A stretch of DNA of 43,616 bases from Chiloscyllium plagiosum (lineage: Eukaryota): NCBI RefSeq assembly GCF_004010195.1, contig NC_057755.1, positions 101,243-144,858 of the forward strand, given 5' to 3'. The notes below the pieces were generated by a model. That model made no database searches. It was not told where the DNA came from and worked only from the letters and a program-made list of their open reading frames with translations. Of the stretch, positions 37,770 to 43,616 are shown piece by piece; positions within the stretch are counted from its first letter, which is position 1, and each line of letters starts with the position of its first letter. Both the position numbers and the translations under genes were made by a program.

Positions 37770-37975
37770 TCTGATGCTGGAAAAACACAGTAGATCAGGC
37801 AACATTACAGGAGCAAACATTCGACTTTTTGGGGATCAACCTTTCATTCATGATAAAGGGATTTGCCAGCTTAAACGATTCTCCTGCTCTTTAGATGCTG
37901 CTTGACAGTCTGCGCTTTTCCAGTTCCACACTCTCCAAGCTGATATCCTGCATCTGCAATCCTCACTTTGTCCTG
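37770..37975. mobile_element. Old palindromic Penelope terminal-repeat mini-element (same design as 6823-7048)
   Basis: gctggaaaaacacagtagatcaggcaacatt...gatgctgcttgacagtctgcgcttttccag forms degenerate inverted arms; ends gcatctgcaatcctcactttgtcc, like 7023-7046. Confidence 0.75.
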
Positions 37976-38075
37976 ATAGTATCCTGGCCAGACATACGCA
38001 ATTCCTGAATTGGGAACACTGCGGCCAATTCTGGACCTTTCTCAGTTGTTTTGCTGACACCCTGGAATGAAGGAC

Positions 38076-40688
38076 TTATTTGACCAGTTGGTGCACCGCA
38101 TTCCTCAACTGTACTCGCAACTTGGGCACTGTCACTGCATAAAATAATGTGATAGTGTTGCAGCTGAAATCCTTGAGCATATCTGCGACATATGGTAAAA
38201 TATGTTTCTTCCCAAACCAGTCTCTTGTTCTTTTAATGTTTTGGGATAAGAAGGTTACACCGTACAGTAACCACAGAAGTGTAAAGCTGACGGATATATT
38301 GAACAGGGAAATTATTGACTTCTTTTGGCTCTCCATCTCTGCGTCCTTCTGATTCTGTCCCTTGCCATGACCTTTTCGGAATTTGTGGAATCGTTTGACT
38401 ATCAAAACATGCCTTACTGTCGCAGTGTTCATCAAAACAATTAACACGAATGGAATGTAAGGTGATAAAATGTTATCAAACCACTTAAATCCAAGCCAAA
38501 TGTGATCTGCAAAATAGCTTGACTTTATTCGGCAGTACCATGGAATTTGTTAATTTCCTTCCGAGGTTTAAACACAAAATAAAAAGGAATACATATTGAA
38601 CAGAGCAGAATGCCAGTTGTTGTTAGAGACGCAGACAAGGCTTGCTCTGGTCAATATTTTCTCTTCAGCTTCTGTCAGCAAATGTCCACAAAACGATCAA
38701 AGAGGAAAAGGATAGTGAACCAGACGGAACAGTCTGTATCTGTACGAGCCAGGACAAAGAGTGCACTGCACAGCGGGGTGATATTACGAGAACGAGGGTA
38801 GGTCCGATCAAGGACAGTAATGGGAGACTGTGTATTCAGTCGGAAGAGATAGGAGAGGCCTTGAGTGAGTACTTTTCTTCAGTATTTACGAACGAGATGG
38901 ACGTATTGTTGAAGAGGAGAGTGTGGAACGGACTGGTAACCTAGAGGAGATACTTGTTCGGAAGGAAGACGTGTTGGAAATTTTGAACAACTTGAGGATA
39001 GACAAGTCCCCCGGGCCTGACGGGATATATCCTAGGATTATGTGGGAAGCAAGAGAGGAAATTGCAGTACCGCTGGCAATGATCTTTTCGTCTTCACTGT
39101 CAACGGGGGTGGTACCAGGGGACTGGAGAGGAGCGAATGTTGTGCCCCTGTTCAAAAAAGGGAATAGGGATAACCCCGGGAATTACAGGCCAGTTAGTCT
39201 TACTTCGGTGGTAGGTAAAATAATGGAAAGGGTACTGATGGATAGGATTTATGAGTATCCATAAAGGCACTGCTTGATTAGGGACAGCCAGCACGGATTT
39301 GTGAAGGGTAGGTCTTGCCTTACAAGTCTTATTGAATTCTTTGAGGAGGTGACCAAGCATGTGGATGAGGGTAGAGCAGTGGATGTAGTATACATGGATT
39401 TTAGTAAGGCATTTGATAAGGTTTCCCATGGTAGGCTTATGTGGAAAGTCAGGAGGCATGGGATAGAGGGACATTCGGCCAATTGGATAGAAAACTGGCT
39501 AACCGGTCGAAGTAAGAGAGTGGTGGTAGATGGTAAATATTCAGCCTGGAGCCCAGTTACAAGTGGAGTTTCTCAGGGATCAGTTCTGGGTCATCTGCTG
39601 TTTGTAATGTTTATTAATGACTTGGAAGGGGGAGTCGAAGGGTGGGTCAGTAAATTTGCAGATGATACGAAGATTGGTGGAGTTGTGGATAGTGAGGAGG
39701 GCTGTTTTCGGATACAAAGGGACTTAGATATGATGCAGAGCTGGGCTGAGGAGTGGCAGATGGAGTTCAACCCTGCCAAGTGTGAGGTTGTCCTTCTTGG
39801 AAAGACAAATAAGAATGCGGAATACAGGGTTAACGGTAGGGTTCTTAGTAAGGAGGAGGAACAGAGGGATCTTGGGGTCTATGTTCATAGATCTTTGAAA
39901 GTTGCCACTCAGGTGGACAGAGCTTGTAAGAAGGCCTATGGTGTATTAGCGTTCATTAGCAGAGGGATTGAATTCAAGAGTCGTGAAGTGATGTTGCAAC
40001 TGTACAGGACTTTGGTTAGGCCACACTTGGAGTACTGTGTGCAGTTCTGGTCTCCTCACTTTAGGAAAGAAGTGGAGAGGGTACAGAGAACATTTAAAAG
40101 GATGTTGCCTGGAATGGAGAATAAGTCGTACGAGGATAGGTTGAGAGTGCTAGGCCTTTTCTCGTTGGAACGGCGAAGGATGAGGGGTGATTTGATAGAG
40201 GTTTATAAGATGATCAGAGGAATAGAAAGAGTAGACAATCAGAAACTTTTTCCCCGGGTACAACAGAGTGTTACAAGGGGACATAAATTTAAGGTGAAGG
40301 GTGGAAGGTATAGGGGAGATGTCAGGGGTGGGTTCTTTACCCAGAGAGTGGTGGGGGCATGGAATGCGCTACCTGTGGGAGTGGTGGAGCCAGAATCTTT
40401 GGTGACATTTAAGCGGCAATTGGATAGGTACATGGATGGGCGCTTAAGCTAGGACAAATGTTCGGCACAACATCGTGGGCCGAAGAGCCTGTTCTGTGCT
40501 GTATTGTTCTATGTTCTATGTTCTATCCAGGAGAGAATTTTGGTAGTAATACATATTGAATCGCCATAGTATGATGTTTATGACAATGAACAGTAGATTC
40601 GACGTTGTCATATATAACAGGCAGCCCGTTGTACACTTAGGCAGTCCGCATTTTCCTAGTCCGAGACTCAAAACCACCAGGAAATTAA
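38076..40688 (-). pseudogene. Class A GPCR pseudogene, GPR139/GPR142-like main exon, interrupted by a CR1
   Basis: Acceptor ctacAG at 40690-40689; NFLVVLSLGLGKCGLPKCTT..MTTSNLL..SLLD [CR1] ITPLCS..DCSVWFTILFLFDRFVDIC*QKLKRKY*..PWYC..PYIPFVLIV..DAEMESQKKSIISLF..SCNTITLFYAVT; stop at 38076-38078. Two TGA stops (38675-38677, 38651-38653) and a frameshift near 38550. The first coding exon was not found. Confidence 0.88.
38785..40526 (+). mobile_element. Relatively young 5'-truncated CR1 LINE
   Basis: PGPDGIYPRI and PGNYRPVSLTSV, then a 392-aa open RT stretch (39274-40452: SQHGF, YMDFSKAFDKV, SKFADDTK, HLEYCVQFW, WNALP) and a (TGTTCTA)n tail; upstream frameshift and a stop at 39262-39264. Confidence 0.97.
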
Positions 40689-40769
40689 CTGTAGAAGACA
40701 GAAGGTAAAATGGGAATCGGAAATTACTAATCAAACTGTCTGCCCAGACATCAATAGAAGTAGTCAGCA

Positions 40770-41150
40770 CGTGAATGCATCAGTTCGGAGACTTCAGATG
40801 TCAGATTTTTAAAGGGTATCTGCAAGATGAAGCCACATTTAAGCTGTGCACTCTTGTGTTTTATGCGATCCATGCAGAGAAGTCGCGGGAGCATAATTTT
40901 TAAAGTGAATGACAGAGGCGATTTGAGGAAACGGCATTCATCCACAGAGTGTTGGGGATCTGGACTGCACTGCTTGGGATCGTAGCTGAGGAAACGAGCC
41001 TCACAACCTTTAAGGACTACTTGAATGGGGACTCCCTGTGTCATAACATTTCAGCCTATTAGCCTGCTTGTAGAAATTTGGACGTGTGTAGCTTCCATTT
41101 GGCTTTGATGGACAGAATGACATCTTGTGTATGGTAGGCTCCAATGATTC
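40770..41150 (+). mobile_element. Old CR1 3' fragment
   Basis: Degenerate HNFKV...RGDLRKRHSS..RVLGIW..L..TTFKDYL and a UTR remnant. Confidence 0.65.
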
Positions 41151-41244
41151 CAGAAGTCACTTCTGAGAGGCTGGTTAGGATTTTAAATATTCTAATCGGA
41201 GATCAAATAGCTGTTTATTCTGGAAACGTAGAGTAGAAATAAAA

Positions 41245-41390
41245 GTAGCCTGAGAAACTCAACAGGTATGCCAGCATCCATGAAGAAAGAAACAGATTTA
41301 ATGTTTCGTGTTTGGAATCACTTTTCACAGAAAAAGTTCGTCTGAATAAGGATTACTGGACTCAAGCATCTAATTACATTTTCTCTGCAT
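41245..41390. mobile_element. Very degenerate palindromic Penelope-derived repeat
   Basis: gaaactcaacaggtatgccagcatcc...aacagatttaatgtttcg...ttcacagaa / tctgaataagg...taattacattttctctgca resembles the inverted terminal-repeat design. Confidence 0.4.
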
Positions 41391-41499
41391 TTAAGAATTT
41401 ATTATTGCAAACAGAGGACAAGTGCTCCTTTCCCAAAGGATATTGATCGAGCTGTCTGTTCTCATTCCAAATTCCAAAACCTGGTCCACAATCTTCAAA

Positions 41500-42130
41500 A
41501 TAAATTCATTTCAGTTCAAGATTCTGGTTGCATTTAAATGAATTATGAATTGCCACCTGACAACCCCACACTGGGAGATGAAGCCTAGACACGCCACCAC
41601 CGCCTGGCTTGAAGGGTTAGCCCTCATGATCCATATAAGCCTTCAGCAATCAGCCTCACCGTGAGTCCTGTAGTCCGTGTTCCTTTCCGTTCGAGGTGTC
41701 AACACTCTTCTTGGTTTGTACAGCTCAATTCCTTCACCTTATTCTCCCCTCTTCTCCACAAAAGATATGCAGGTCAGGTGAATTGGCCATGCTAAATTGC
41801 CCGTAGTGTTAGGTAAGGGGTAAATGTAGGGGTATGGGTGGGTTACGCTTCGGCGGGTCGGTGTGGACTTGTTGGGCCGAAGGGCCTGTTTCCACACTGT
41901 AATGTAATGTAATCTAATCTAATCTAATCTAAATCTAATCTAATCTAAAAAACAGGCCGAGTGCTATCCAATATTTCCTCAATGCTCCTGTAATTTCTGA
42001 GCACTTATAATTTTGTTATCGTTCTCCTGTGTGTTCATCCCGGTGCATTGCTATTCTTACTGTTAGGTTGTGACCAGAACTGTGTACAATAGTGCAGCTG
42101 CAATCCAGCCGCTGCCTTTTTGTATTAGCA
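41500..42130 (-). mobile_element. Old CR1 3' fragment, host of the SINE below
   Basis: gaccagaactgtgtacaatagtgcag (LHYCTQFW on the minus strand) and other degenerate CR1 3' sequence on both sides of the SINE. Confidence 0.6.
41762..41950 (+). mobile_element. 5'-truncated shark HE1-like SINE with a CR1-type 3' end and (TAATG/TAATC)n tail
   Basis: aagatatgcaggtcaggtgaattggccatgctaaattgccc...gggccgaagggcctgtttccacactg followed by pentamer repeats. Confidence 0.85.
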
Positions 42131-42674
42131 GAGTTACAGGCATTGCAAGGTCGGGAGGGGGAGGTGTGGTGGGATGTTTGTTTTAGTTTTAATGACGGCC
42201 AGGGTGAGGGAGGAGACTTTTCGGAAAGAGTTAATATGGACTTGATTCCCAATGTAAACATCTGGCCAAGGTCTGGGCTCTGTATGGATCTGGACAGCTG
42301 AAGTTGAGTGTGTCTGACCTATTGTGGGATCAGTTAATCAGTTACTCAGAAGTTAAATGATGGGTTTAACCACATTTCTTCGTCTGATACGAGCTGTTGT
42401 AACTACAGAACAAGCCAGAAGTTGGACGTTAATACAGCGTGATAGATCAGAACGGAATTTTTTTGGTTTTGAACAACATGATATCTTGCCAAATCATACG
42501 TATGCAATGCCAAAAATATTATTCAACAACAAAACTGCAATTCATTCCAAAACAAATGATGATAAAACAGAACAATGGAAACTGTGAACTCATAACATAG
42601 ATCCAAAGGCATTGAGTACACGTTAAATATAAACCTCATTAATCTGAATTTGAGAAGATTTGTTATGCAGGTTG

Positions 42675-43030
42675 AGGTACTGAACATCAACTAGCCACAA
42701 AAGAACATGATCCACTCTCACTAGTGTCCTTACATACAGATGAGGAAGGACACATACGAGAATATCCAGAAGCACGGAATTCCAAACGGAACTCTGTCAA
42801 CAAACACATTGACTTGGATCCCATTTACCACCCCTGAAAAAAAGGACACGGAATTACACCATCATAGGAAATGACATCAACGGGGAAATGACGTCAAGGA
42901 AATCTGAACACGTAAGTAGGAAATGGGCTACACCACTAGTGCTTCATCTGGAGGCTCACTGAAAATCTTACCTAGTATGGTGACAAAACATCTGAAAACG
43001 AACCTTCCAGCTCAGCGAGCAAACCTCTAT
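42675..43030 (+). mobile_element. Penelope-like element 3' fragment, second family
   Basis: EHQLATKEHDPLSLVSLHTDEEGH...NSVNKHIDLDPIYHP (GIY-YIG C-terminal region), then a terminal repeat with a decayed hammerhead (ctgaaaa-tcttacc-tagtat-ggtgac-aaaacatc, about 42959-42992). Confidence 0.75.
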
Positions 43031-43086
43031 CCAACGGAATGGATCGGCAAATACAATTCTATAAATGCAAATTGACATTAATATAT

Positions 43087-43270
43087 TGTGTGTGTGTGTG
43101 TGAAGGGGGGGGGGTGCCGACAGACGCAGAGATAGTACATGTGACTGTACACGTGCGAGTGTGAGTGCACGTGAGAGAGTGTATGTTAGCGTGTGTGCTT
43201 GCTTGGTGGAGTGTGCTTGAATGTGACAGAGTATAAGCCTGTGAAAGAGTACACGTGTGGGTATGAGTGG
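43087..43270. repeat. (TG)n and imperfect TG-rich tract
   Basis: Direct reading. Confidence 0.85.
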
Positions 43271-43339
43271 TTTGATCAATATTTTGTTTCAAGTGCATGA
43301 CATTTTGTTTAAAATTGAATGTCTTACAATCCTAAACTG

Positions 43340-43592
43340 AGTCGGATCATAAGACCCTACAACGGATACTGAGGACATCTGAGAAGATCGTCATCGTCTC
43401 TCATTCTTTCATTACAGACATTTACACCACACGCTTTATCCAAGAGCCTGAGAGCATTGTGCAAGACCTCACACACCCCTGACTCAAACTCTTTTCTCTC
43501 CTGTCACCTGGCACAAGATATTGGAGTATTTGGTTGCTCACAGCCAGACTGTGCAACAGTTTCTTCCCCCAAACCATCAGACTTCTTTACAC
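43340..43592 (+). mobile_element. Rex1/Babar-clade LINE 3' end
   Basis: DHKTLQRILRTSEKIVIVSHSFITDIYTTR...IVQDLTHP*LKLFSLLSPGTRYWSI..LTARLCNSFFPQTIRLL, the typical Rex1/Babar ORF C-terminus. Confidence 0.85.
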
Positions 43593-43616
43593 AGTATGAT
43601 CAGACTCTTTCCCATC

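Noticed and set aside
39274..40452. 392-aa reverse transcriptase ORF as a domesticated or novel RT gene
   Set aside because: It is an ordinary 5'-truncated CR1 ORF2 piece with an upstream stop and frameshift, altered motifs (GVSQGSVLGH), no endonuclease, and a standard CR1 tail.
42868..42900. CRE-like TGACGTCA / TGACATCA pair as a host regulatory site
   Set aside because: It lies in a short tandem repeat within a Penelope fragment, with no associated gene start; a single 8-mer is expected by chance in 43 kb.
40690..43616. First coding exon of the GPCR
   Set aside because: I found no minus-strand segment encoding a TM1 start and ending in a suitable GT donor; it may be decayed or outside the window.

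Overview
Vertebrate genomic DNA, most likely from a cartilaginous fish (shark-type tRNA-derived SINEs, abundant CR1 LINEs, Penelope-like elements, and members of the NLR and GPR139/142-like families expanded in elasmobranchs). No intact protein-coding gene is visible. About 2.7-21.0 kb is one degenerate tandem array of a 39-bp unit (consensus CACTGTGAAACCCTGTACACACCTGGCAGGATCCTGATA, roughly 430 sequenced copies). It has two N gaps, higher-order duplications and two young insertions: a palindromic Penelope terminal repeat with a hammerhead-ribozyme core and a 15-bp TSD, and a short CR1 3' end. Almost all ORFs in that region are by-products of the unit being stop-free in four of six frames. The right half holds a rearranged NACHT-LRR (NLR) pseudogene with an inverted segment and a perfect 146-bp palindrome around a (TA)n tract, a GPR139-like GPCR pseudogene split by a CR1, and many LINE/SINE/Penelope fragments. 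The most unusual observations are: (1) the satellite unit has the length and heptamer of a 23-spacer V(D)J recombination signal but a poor nonamer; (2) the self-complementary hammerhead-bearing Penelope mini-element; (3) the TA-bounded NLR rearrangement. All family assignments come from recognising motifs by eye; no searches were run.
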